From: Myxococcota bacterium
GTDB taxonomy: Bacteria; Myxococcota; XYA12-FULL-58-9; JALHOP01
Reading direction: 5' to 3'
DNA: 14,524 bases
NCBI GenBank assembly: GCA_041288095.1
Contig: JBGGMJ010000173.1
Span: 1 to 14,524, forward strand
The notes below the pieces were generated by a model. That model searched no databases. It saw only the letters and a program-made list of their open reading frames with translations, and had not been told where the DNA came from. Positions 1 to 8,750 of this stretch are shown here, piece after piece; the first letter of the stretch is position 1, and each line of letters begins with the position of its first letter. A program made the position numbers and the translations under genes.

Positions 1-1754
<1,754 letters not shown>

Positions 1755-1776
1755 TTACCTTATAGATCCAGGGCGC

Positions 1777-2922
1777 TTAAAAGTACGCGTGGAGCTGCAA
1801 GAAACCGCCGGTGTAAGAGCCCGTAACCGGGAAGCGCTCGACGCGCACTTGGGGGATGAGCTCGAGCCACGGTAGGACCCACCAGGACGCGCCCGCGAGG
1901 TAGCGATTCTGGCTCAGGGGGTCGGCCTCGCCGCGAGCTGCCTCGGCCTTACGCCAGTCGTGCTCGAGGTAGAGGTCCAGCGACTCCAGGACGAACCAGC
2001 CGAGCCTGGCGAAGGTCGCGAGGTCGTCGCGCTGGGGGATGCCGTCGGAGGAGCGCCGCTGCAGGTCGACCTCGGCGAGCACGTACGAGGCGCCGAGCAG
2101 GCGAAAACGCGTGAACAGCGCGCCGGCGAGGCGCTCGGCGTAGTCGGTGGTCCCGTAAAGACCGGAGACGCCGACGGCGCCGCGTCCATCGATGTTGAAC
2201 GTGAAGGAGCCGGCGACGCCTTGCTCACGCAGCCCCGCCGGCGCTTCCGTGAGGTCACCGCCGAAGCCCGCCAGCGCAACCGCGACGCGCTCGGTGACGT
2301 AGTCCGCTTCAGCGGCATAACTCTGGCCGTAGTAGCCGAGGCCCATCGTGCTGCGTGTGAACGTCGTGTGGTCGGGCTGCCGGATGCCGAAAGGGAGCAC
2401 CATGCGGCCGGCGCGTACGCTCGCCGCCTCCGTGAAGCGGAATTGCAGCCAGTGCTCGCGCGAGAAGATCTTGTAGCCGATGCCCTCGGCCTCCGGCGAT
2501 TTCGGGCCGATCGAGCCGTACGCGAGGATCTTGCCGTACGCCGCGACGCCGCCGACCTCGAGCAGCATGGGAAAGAACGAAAAGCCCGCGGACGTGTCTT
2601 CTTCAGCCGGCACGCTCGTGAACATGACGCGCGTGTCGGCGCCGAGCCCGACCTGGAATTCCGCGTCGCCGGTGTTCGCGTTGTAGCCGGTGACGCTCGC
2701 TTTCTCGCGATGCTTCTCGATGAAGTCACCGCCAGCGACGTCCGGGAAAAAAGCCTGCTGCGTGCCGGTTCCGTAGGCATTCGCGAAGCCGCCGCCGGTG
2801 GGGCTGTAGTGGCAGGTGATGCAGTTCGTGTAACCCTTGGCGATGAAGTCCGGATATGCCGAGGCGTCCTTGGGGAGCACGATGACGGCGAGCGCCGCCG
2901 CGATGGCCAGGCGTCGAATCAT
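1777..2922 (-). CDS. Secreted protein with N-terminal CxxCH motif fused to a probable outer-membrane beta-barrel (cytochrome-porin fusion candidate), 381 aa
   Basis: Start reassigned to ATG 2922 (ATGA overlap with the upstream stop). Signal peptide MIRRLAIAAALAVIVLPKDASA, then YPDFIAKGYTNCITCH (CITCH at 2809-2823), amphipathic strand-like segments, and a C-terminal FLQLHAYF ending in Phe. Confidence 0.75.
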   Translation of the reverse strand: MIRRLAIAAALAVIVLPKDASAYPDFIAKGYTNCITCHYSPTGGGFANAYGTGTQQAFFPDVAGGDFIEKHREKASVTGYNANTGDAEFQVGLGADTRVMFTSVPAEEDTSAGFSFFPMLLEVGGVAAYGKILAYGSIGPKSPEAEGIGYKIFSREHWLQFRFTEAASVRAGRMVLPFGIRQPDHTTFTRSTMGLGYYGQSYAAEADYVTERVAVALAGFGGDLTEAPAGLREQGVAGSFTFNIDGRGAVGVSGLYGTTDYAERLAGALFTRFRLLGASYVLAEVDLQRRSSDGIPQRDDLATFARLGWFVLESLDLYLEHDWRKAEAARGEADPLSQNRYLAGASWWVLPWLELIPQVRVERFPVTGSYTGGFLQLHAYF

Positions 2923-3455
2923 TTGGTGAAGCGTAAGCTGACGGTGACGTCGATGGTCGGGTCCATCTTGACGACGGCCATCTTCGGTTGCGGGATGCCG
3001 AACTGGGTGATGTCGAGCGGGAAGTTGCTGCTCGCGGTGTACACGCCGCCGCTCTCGACGACCTTTACGCGCACCTTCAGCGGTTTCTTCACGCAGTGCG
3101 CTTCCATCGTGCCTTCGACTTCGGCCTCGCCGCTGGTGGGCAGCGTCGCGCCTTTGAGGTCGAGCGCAATCACCGGGCACTTGGACGCCTCGAGGTATTT
3201 CTCGCGCATGTGACTGTCACGCATGCCGATGCCGGTGCTGAACGCGTCGGCTTTGACGATGATGGCGCCCTCGGTGACCACGCCGTTTTCGTCGGCACCG
3301 AGATGGCCGCTCACGGCCTTGTTGGTGGCGGTGAACGTGCCGCCGGTGATGCGGGCGAGAAAGCCGACTTGCGAACCGTCGGCGACCTTGTAGGTCGTGG
3401 CGTTGGCGACGGAAGACACCGCTAATGCGGTCACGAGCACGGCCAGCTTAGTCAT
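2919..3455 (-). CDS. YceI-family lipid/polyisoprenoid-binding protein, 178 aa
   Basis: Start ATG 3455 gives a signal peptide (MTKLAVLVTALAVSSVANA). YceI-like motifs: SQVGF, FSTGIGMRDSHMREKYL, GTMEAHCVKKP, LDITQFGI. Confidence 0.85.
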   Translation of the reverse strand: MTKLAVLVTALAVSSVANATTYKVADGSQVGFLARITGGTFTATNKAVSGHLGADENGVVTEGAIIVKADAFSTGIGMRDSHMREKYLEASKCPVIALDLKGATLPTSGEAEVEGTMEAHCVKKPLKVRVKVVESGGVYTASSNFPLDITQFGIPQPKMAVVKMDPTIDVTVSLRFTK

Positions 3456-3804
3456 AAAACGCCCCCCGGCAGTACCAGCTCCGCAACAAGCGCAGCTCGG
3501 CGTCACCCCACTCGAGGCCGTCTTCGGGCATCTCGCCGGTGGCGACGTTCGCGTAAACGCGGTCGATGCGATCACGCAGCGTGAAGTAGGCGGATTGCGG
3601 CGTCTCGAGATTCAGTCCGCGCGCCGGCTCGTTGCCCTTGTGGCACTGGGCGCAGTTTCGCGGGTCTTCCTCGCTGGTGATGATCAGCGCGAGCTCGCGG
3701 TAGCTCGTTTCCTCGGGGGGCAAGAGGTCGTCACAGTTGATCTGATCCTCGTCGCGACCGCAGGCGCAGACGGCGAGGGCCGCGAGCAAGACGAGGTGCT
3801 TCAT
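3448..3804 (-). CDS. Monoheme c-type cytochrome lipoprotein, 118 aa
   Basis: Lipoprotein-type signal MKHLVLLAALAVCAC; CAQCH at 3640-3654; downstream GEMP (candidate distal Met) and W-x-x-x-GA, like planctomycete cytochrome C-type domains. Confidence 0.8.
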   Translation of the reverse strand: MKHLVLLAALAVCACGRDEDQINCDDLLPPEETSYRELALIITSEEDPRNCAQCHKGNEPARGLNLETPQSAYFTLRDRIDRVYANVATGEMPEDGLEWGDAELRLLRSWYCRGAFYD

Positions 3805-4907
3805 GCCGCCACCGCGAGCGCGCCGGCGCGTACGTCGTAGATCCGCGTGTCACTCGCGAACGGCAAGACCGTCGCGCCGGTCGTGCTCACGAGCGTCTGG
3901 CAACCGAGCGCGTCGATGGTCGAGAAGAGGAGCCGCGAGCGTTCGGCGTCGAGCTCGCTCGAGACGTCATCGAGCAAGAGCACCGGCATGGTCTCGAGCT
4001 TTTGGCCGACGGTCTCTACCTCGGCCAGCTTGAGCGCGAGCACGAGGGCCCGCTGTTGACCTTGCGAGGCAAAGCCGCGGGCGTCACGGTCGTTCACGCG
4101 CATGAGTAAATCGGCGCGATGGGGCCCGACGCTCGTGACTCCTCGGGCGCGGTCGCGCGGATAGCCCGTGCGCAAGCGCTCCGCGAACACCGACACGTAG
4201 TCGCTGTCCGCCACAGCGGTGTCGCCGCCAAGGCCTCCCTCGAGCTCGATGTGCATGTGCGTTGCTTCCTGCATGATGGCCGCGAAATACTTTTGCGCCG
4301 TCGGCGCGAGCTCTTGCAGGGCCGCCTGCCGCGACATGTGCACGACGACGCCGTGTTGGACGAGCTGCTCGTCATAGACCGCGAGCATCTGCGGGTCGGG
4401 CGCGCGCTCTGCCCGCAATAGCGCATTGCGCGTTTTCAAGACCTTGGCGTAGCTCGTCGCCGCATCCACGAAGTCGGCGCGGTAGTTCCCCACGGCGCGG
4501 TCGAGAAAGCGCCGGCGCTCCTCGGGGCTGCCCTTGGCAATGCGCAGATCGTCGGGGAAGAAGGCCACGACGTTCACGAGCTGCAGGAGCTTGCTTGTCC
4601 GCGTTAGCGCTCTGCCGTCGACTTGCATGCCGCGTCTCTTCTCGTCGATCACGACTTCGACATCGTGACGGACGTTTTGGCGCTCGAAACGGCTGGCAAG
4701 GCGCGCGCGCGGCTGATCATGCGCGATGAGCTCTCGGGGAGCCGCATTGCGGAAGGAACGGCCGGTAGCGCAGACGTAAAGCGCCTCGAGGACGTTGGTC
4801 TTGCCCTGGGCGTTGGCCCCACGCAGCACCGTGGCGCGCGCCGTGAGGTCGAGCGTGAGCGCTTGGAGGTTCCGGAAGCCCCGGGCCTCGAGCCGTTCGA
4901 TGCGCAT
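3801..4907 (-). CDS. recF: DNA replication/repair protein RecF
   Basis: GFRN, Walker A GANAQGKTN, GPHRAD, SQGQQR and LLLDDVSSELD motifs. ATG 4907 is preferred over GTG 4916 because AAAGGTG lies upstream. Confidence 0.97.
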   Translation of the reverse strand: MRIERLEARGFRNLQALTLDLTARATVLRGANAQGKTNVLEALYVCATGRSFRNAAPRELIAHDQPRARLASRFERQNVRHDVEVVIDEKRRGMQVDGRALTRTSKLLQLVNVVAFFPDDLRIAKGSPEERRRFLDRAVGNYRADFVDAATSYAKVLKTRNALLRAERAPDPQMLAVYDEQLVQHGVVVHMSRQAALQELAPTAQKYFAAIMQEATHMHIELEGGLGGDTAVADSDYVSVFAERLRTGYPRDRARGVTSVGPHRADLLMRVNDRDARGFASQGQQRALVLALKLAEVETVGQKLETMPVLLLDDVSSELDAERSRLLFSTIDALGCQTLVSTTGATVLPFASDTRIYDVRAGALAVAA

Positions 4908-5007
4908 GCCATGCACCTTTAACTACGGGGCCGGCCGTCAAGCTAGCGATGAAAAGTGTGAGCTTGGCGCCAAGTTTCGCCGACCGGGGCCGCGCTCGTG
5001 CCTGACA

Positions 5008-6117
5008 TCAAATACGCATCGGCATGACCACCGCGACGAAGCCCTGGTCTTCGATTGGCCGCACCACGCCCGGCGACAAGTCGTCCGAGAGCTCGAAGGC
5101 GACGCCTTCTTCGTTGGTCAGCGCCAGAACATCGAGGATGTAGCGGGCGTTGAAGCCGATGGTGAGGGTGTCGCCCTTGTAGTCGATGTCGACGAGCTCG
5201 GTGGCCTCGCCGAACTCGGGGTCCTCGGCGCGCAGCTCGAGCTGGTTGTTCTTGAAGGTCAGGCGGACGCCGTAGGCGCGGCCCTGTGAGAGCAAGGAGA
5301 CGCGCTTGAGCGCTTCGCCCAGGGCGCCGCGGTGGACCTTGGCGATCTTGGTGCCCTGCTTCGGGATGACCTGGCGATAGTCGGGGAACGCGCCTTCCAC
5401 GAGGCGGGTCGAGAGCTCGACGGAGCCGGTCTTGAGGATGCCGCTGGTCTGCGAGAAGCCGAGCTGGACTTCGGCGTCTTTGTCGTCGGCGAGGACGCGG
5501 CGCAGCTCCTGGAAGCCTTTGCGCGGCACGATGACGCCTTGAGCAATCGGGATCTCGGTCTCGAAGGTCTTCTCGCACATCGCCAGGCGGTGGCCGTCGG
5601 TTGCGACCATGCGCAGGACCTTGGGGCTCGGTGCCTCGCAATAGATGCCGGAGAGGTTGTGGCGGTTGTCGTCGGTCGAGACGCAGAAGATGGTGCGCTC
5701 GATCATCTGCGCGAGCAACGCGGCGGGAATCGTGAAGGTCTTGGTGTTTTGCGTTTGCGCCGGGAGGGCCGGGAACTGATCGGCCGCCATGCCCACGAGA
5801 CGGAACTTGCTCGTGCCGCTGACGAGCGACACCCAGTGGTTATCCTGACGCTCCAGCTCGATGATGTCGTTGGTCAGCGACTTCACGATTTCGTAGAGCT
5901 GGCGGGCGTGGATGGCAACGGCGCCCGGTTTAGAAATTTGAGCTTCGTATGTACCGCTCAAGCCAACATCGAGGTCGGTCGCCGAAACCTTGAGGCCGCC
6001 GTCCGTGGCGTTGAGGAGGACGTGAGCGAGAATCGGCATCGTGCTTTTTTTGTCGGCCACGCCCTGGACTCGGTAGAGGGCGCGCGACAGCTCTGCGGTG
6101 CGGATGCTCAGTTTCAT
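5008..6117 (-). CDS. dnaN: DNA polymerase III beta sliding clamp
   Basis: PILAHVL, ATDLD, ATDGHRL, IVPRK, GAFPDY, IGFNARY and C-terminal VMPMRI; 369 aa. Confidence 0.98.
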   Translation of the reverse strand: MKLSIRTAELSRALYRVQGVADKKSTMPILAHVLLNATDGGLKVSATDLDVGLSGTYEAQISKPGAVAIHARQLYEIVKSLTNDIIELERQDNHWVSLVSGTSKFRLVGMAADQFPALPAQTQNTKTFTIPAALLAQMIERTIFCVSTDDNRHNLSGIYCEAPSPKVLRMVATDGHRLAMCEKTFETEIPIAQGVIVPRKGFQELRRVLADDKDAEVQLGFSQTSGILKTGSVELSTRLVEGAFPDYRQVIPKQGTKIAKVHRGALGEALKRVSLLSQGRAYGVRLTFKNNQLELRAEDPEFGEATELVDIDYKGDTLTIGFNARYILDVLALTNEEGVAFELSDDLSPGVVRPIEDQGFVAVVMPMRI

Positions 6118-6220
6118 GGGGAGGACCTCGGCGAAAGGTGGCGCAGCTTTTTGCGTGCGGCGCCGTCGTTGTCAAGCGCAGGATTGCGGCGGGTCGGGTT
6201 GGCACTGCGATCGGTTCGAA

Positions 6221-6500
6221 GTGTTGTTTCTAAATAGATCAGATCAAGATCAATGATCATAATAATGCTCTGTGGATATGTGGATTGAGCACGGAGTCCA
6301 GCGTCACTGCTCATGATCTGCATGTGCGTAACAGTGGTGACCCAGGCACTGACGGATCGGGGGTAAAAGCTACCCCAGCTCATCCACCTGTCGGAGCACA
6401 CGTTTGTGCACGCGCCCACCAACAGCTCGTCCACATGTCGATTTTTTCGATTGCGCGGAAAACGCGTCGGGACGCCGTCGGATGTCGTTTTCCACCTTGA
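6221..6500. other. Probable oriC: AT-rich unwinding element, DnaA-trios and DnaA boxes
   Basis: Minus strand reads CAATCCACATATCCACA-GAGC-ATTATTATGATCATTGATCTTGATCTGATCTATTTAG. Overlapping boxes at 6279-6287 and 6271-6279; further box-like 9-mers TCATCCACC 6380-6388, TCGTCCACA 6427-6435, TTTTCCACC 6488-6496. Lies directly upstream of dnaN. Confidence 0.85.
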
Positions 6501-6523
6501 CGAGAAAACACAACACGGGCTCG

Positions 6524-6548
6524 TGAGTATAATCTACTCAATATACTC
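6524..6548. promoter_or_regulatory. AT-rich nested palindrome, possible operator
   Basis: TGAGTA(6524-6529)-5 nt-TACTCA(6535-6540) and GAGTATA(6525-6531)-10 nt-TATACTC(6542-6548). Confidence 0.35.
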
Positions 6549-6559
6549 CGCGATGACGG

Positions 6560-8341
6560 TCACTCTTTGACGAGCCCCAGGGCGTGCAGTAGAGCCTCGC
6601 GCGCCGATTTCAAGTCAAAAGCGACGGCATCGGCGCCGGCTTCGCGGAGACGCGCGGCAGCCTCGGCGGGCTTCTCGTGATCCGACGCGGGCAACAACAC
6701 GACGACGGTCGTCTTCGGTAGCGCGGCGCGGATGCGACGGCAGAGGTAACGCGCGATGACCGAGTTACCGGGAGGGAGCGCCGCGATGCAAACGACCCGC
6801 GGCTCGCGCGCGATGATGGCTTGGGCGAGCTGCGGAGGCGCGCCGATCGGGAGTGGGGTCACCGCCATGTCGGCGGCTGTTCCCTGTGTTAGCAGGTCGA
6901 CGAGCAAGGCGTCCGTCGATCCGGAAGCACCCACACCCAGCACCTCGGGCTTGGGAAGCTCTTCCGCCGACAACCGCCGCGCGACGCTCTGGAACACGCC
7001 AGAGCGGGTCGTTGCCTGACGCGTCGGGCCGCGAGAGCTCGGGCGCACGCGCCGAGCGATCTCCGAGAGGCTCGCCGTGACGCTGTTCGCCGCGTCCTTG
7101 TTGAGGATGCCGGCGTCGATGTCGCGCGCCAGAAGCCGCAGCGCGGGGACCAGCAAGGCGTCGAACGTCGCGAGGGTACCGACCTTGCTCGCGGTCTGTC
7201 GCGCGAGCCTCAGCGCGTCGTAGCCCGCGCGCGCGAGGACACGCTGATAGAAATTGACGTCGGGCGGCAGCCCCGGATCGTCGCCGAGCATGACCGACAA
7301 GAAGGCGAGCTGCGGAATGTGGCGGCCCATGACCGAGGCGCACACCGTGAGCGGCGTCGCCAGCACCAGGCCCAAGGCGCCCCACAGCCAGGTCCAGAAG
7401 ATGACCGAAACCAGCAACGCGAAAGCGGACACGCCTGTGCGGCGGCCGAGGAGCACCGGTTCGATGAAGTTGCCGGTCAAGATGTCTATCGAGAGAAACA
7501 GCCCCACCGTCGAGATGGTCGCGAACCACCCGGGTGTCGTGGCGAAGGCAACGAAGGTCGGCAACGCCGCCGCGCCCCAGGTGCCGACGTAGGGCACGAA
7601 GCGCAACACGCCCGCGAGCGCGCCCCACAAGATCGCATAGGGCACGCCGATGACCGTGAGCCCCAGGGCGATGAGCATGCCGTAGCCAGCGTTGATGTAC
7701 GTGAGCCCCAAGAGCAGGCGGCTGATGCGCTGCACCGCTTCGTCGAGAGTGCGCGTCGTCAGCGTGACGTTCTGTGGCCCAACCAGCTGGATGAGGCGGT
7801 TACGCAGGTCTTCACGGCGCGCCAAGACGAAGACCGTCAACGTCGAGACGATGATCACGACGGTGAGCGGCGCGAGCAGTGGCCCCAAGAAGGACTCGAG
7901 GCGCTCGATGGGCGTGTCGTCGTTACCGACGATGCGCACGGGGTCGGCGTGCTCGGCGCGCGCGATGGAGTTCTCGAAGACCCGCGTCAGTTGTTTGACC
8001 GCGCTGGTGAGGGTGTCGAGCGAGCCACCCTTGCCGCCGCGTAGCTGCGCGAGCTTCGATGACATCTGCGCCACGTAGCTGTGGACCTCGGAGGCCAGGT
8101 CGACGAGCTGCGAGGCGAGCACCGCCCCCACGAAGATGAAAAACGCGAGCGCCGCGCTGCACATGACGGCGACGGTGATGGCGCGGGGCACTCCGAAGCG
8201 CTCGAGGGCGTCGGACGGCGGCGTCAGGATGAAGGCGATGTAGAAGGCCAGCGCCAGAGGCGCGAGCACCGGCCGCGCCACGTAGACGATGGCGACGATG
8301 AGCGTGAGCTCGAGGAGTGGCGTTACCCTGATAGTCCGCAC
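6560..8341 (-). CDS. AI-2E (PerM/TqsA) family transporter with C-terminal soluble extension
   Basis: PLALAFYIAFILTP, GVLRFVPYVG, NFIEPVLLGRRTGVS and FWTWLWGALGLVLATPLT; many hydrophobic helices followed by a long soluble tail. Start codon uncertain. Confidence 0.9.
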   Translation of the reverse strand: MRTIRVTPLLELTLIVAIVYVARPVLAPLALAFYIAFILTPPSDALERFGVPRAITVAVMCSAALAFFIFVGAVLASQLVDLASEVHSYVAQMSSKLAQLRGGKGGSLDTLTSAVKQLTRVFENSIARAEHADPVRIVGNDDTPIERLESFLGPLLAPLTVVIIVSTLTVFVLARREDLRNRLIQLVGPQNVTLTTRTLDEAVQRISRLLLGLTYINAGYGMLIALGLTVIGVPYAILWGALAGVLRFVPYVGTWGAAALPTFVAFATTPGWFATISTVGLFLSIDILTGNFIEPVLLGRRTGVSAFALLVSVIFWTWLWGALGLVLATPLTVCASVMGRHIPQLAFLSVMLGDDPGLPPDVNFYQRVLARAGYDALRLARQTASKVGTLATFDALLVPALRLLARDIDAGILNKDAANSVTASLSEIARRVRPSSRGPTRQATTRSGVFQSVARRLSAEELPKPEVLGVGASGSTDALLVDLLTQGTAADMAVTPLPIGAPPQLAQAIIAREPRVVCIAALPPGNSVIARYLCRRIRAALPKTTVVVLLPASDHEKPAEAAARLREAGADAVAFDLKSAREALLHALGLVKE

Positions 8342-8712
8342 AGCTCGGCTATTCGCTTGAGAAGGACCGGGAGGTCCGTTGGCTTTTCGAAAGAGTCTTC
8401 GACGTTGAGCTGACCGCGCTGTTCAGGGGTCATGCCGGCGAGGACGACGAACGGGATGGACGCCCAGGCGAGGCGCGCCTTCATGGCCGCGTGGAGCTCC
8501 CAGCCGCTCATCACCGGCATCAACAGATCGGTGAGCACGAGATCCGCGTCGAAGCCGGCCTCGAGGTGGTCGAGCGCGGCTTTGCCGTTTTCGGCGCGGG
8601 CGGCGGTGTAGCCTTGCTGCTCGAGGACCTGCGCGATGGCTTCGCGACTGTCTGCGTCGTCATCGACGACGAGAACACGAACCCCGTTTTGCTTGACCCG
8701 GCCTTCCCCCAC
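8323..8712 (-). CDS. Single-domain response regulator (CheY-like receiver)
   Basis: VLVVDDD acidic pocket, LVLTDLLMP phosphoacceptor and EKP lysine; no output domain. Start uncertain. Confidence 0.93.
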   Translation of the reverse strand: MGEGRVKQNGVRVLVVDDDADSREAIAQVLEQQGYTAARAENGKAALDHLEAGFDADLVLTDLLMPVMSGWELHAAMKARLAWASIPFVVLAGMTPEQRGQLNVEDSFEKPTDLPVLLKRIAELCGLSG

Positions 8713-8750
8713 GGGGGTTGTTTTGACCCGGGACCGACTTCAGCGCAACT

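Noticed and set aside
2923..3180. N-terminal extension of the 467-aa ORF
   Set aside because: Overlaps the YceI gene out of frame; ATG 2922 gives a clean signal peptide and an ATGA overlap.
1960..3213. 417-aa plus-strand ORF
   Set aside because: Antisense to the barrel and YceI genes, which have signal peptides and family motifs.
6145..6175. Perfect TTGACA on the minus strand (6170-6175) upstream of dnaN
   Set aside because: No convincing -10 element at 16-18 nt spacing, so not called as a promoter.
6114..6500. Small ORFs 6114-6434 (-) and 6285-6500 (+)
   Set aside because: They run across DnaA boxes and the AT-rich unwinding element and have atypical composition.
6497..6533. TTGACG plus TATAAT as a plus-strand sigma70 promoter
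   Set aside because: The spacer is 25 nt, too long.
8693..8731. TTGACCCGG direct repeat (8693-8701, 8723-8731) as a target-site duplication
   Set aside because: Both copies lie on the same side of the inserted gene pair, only 30 bp apart; no mobile-element ends were seen.
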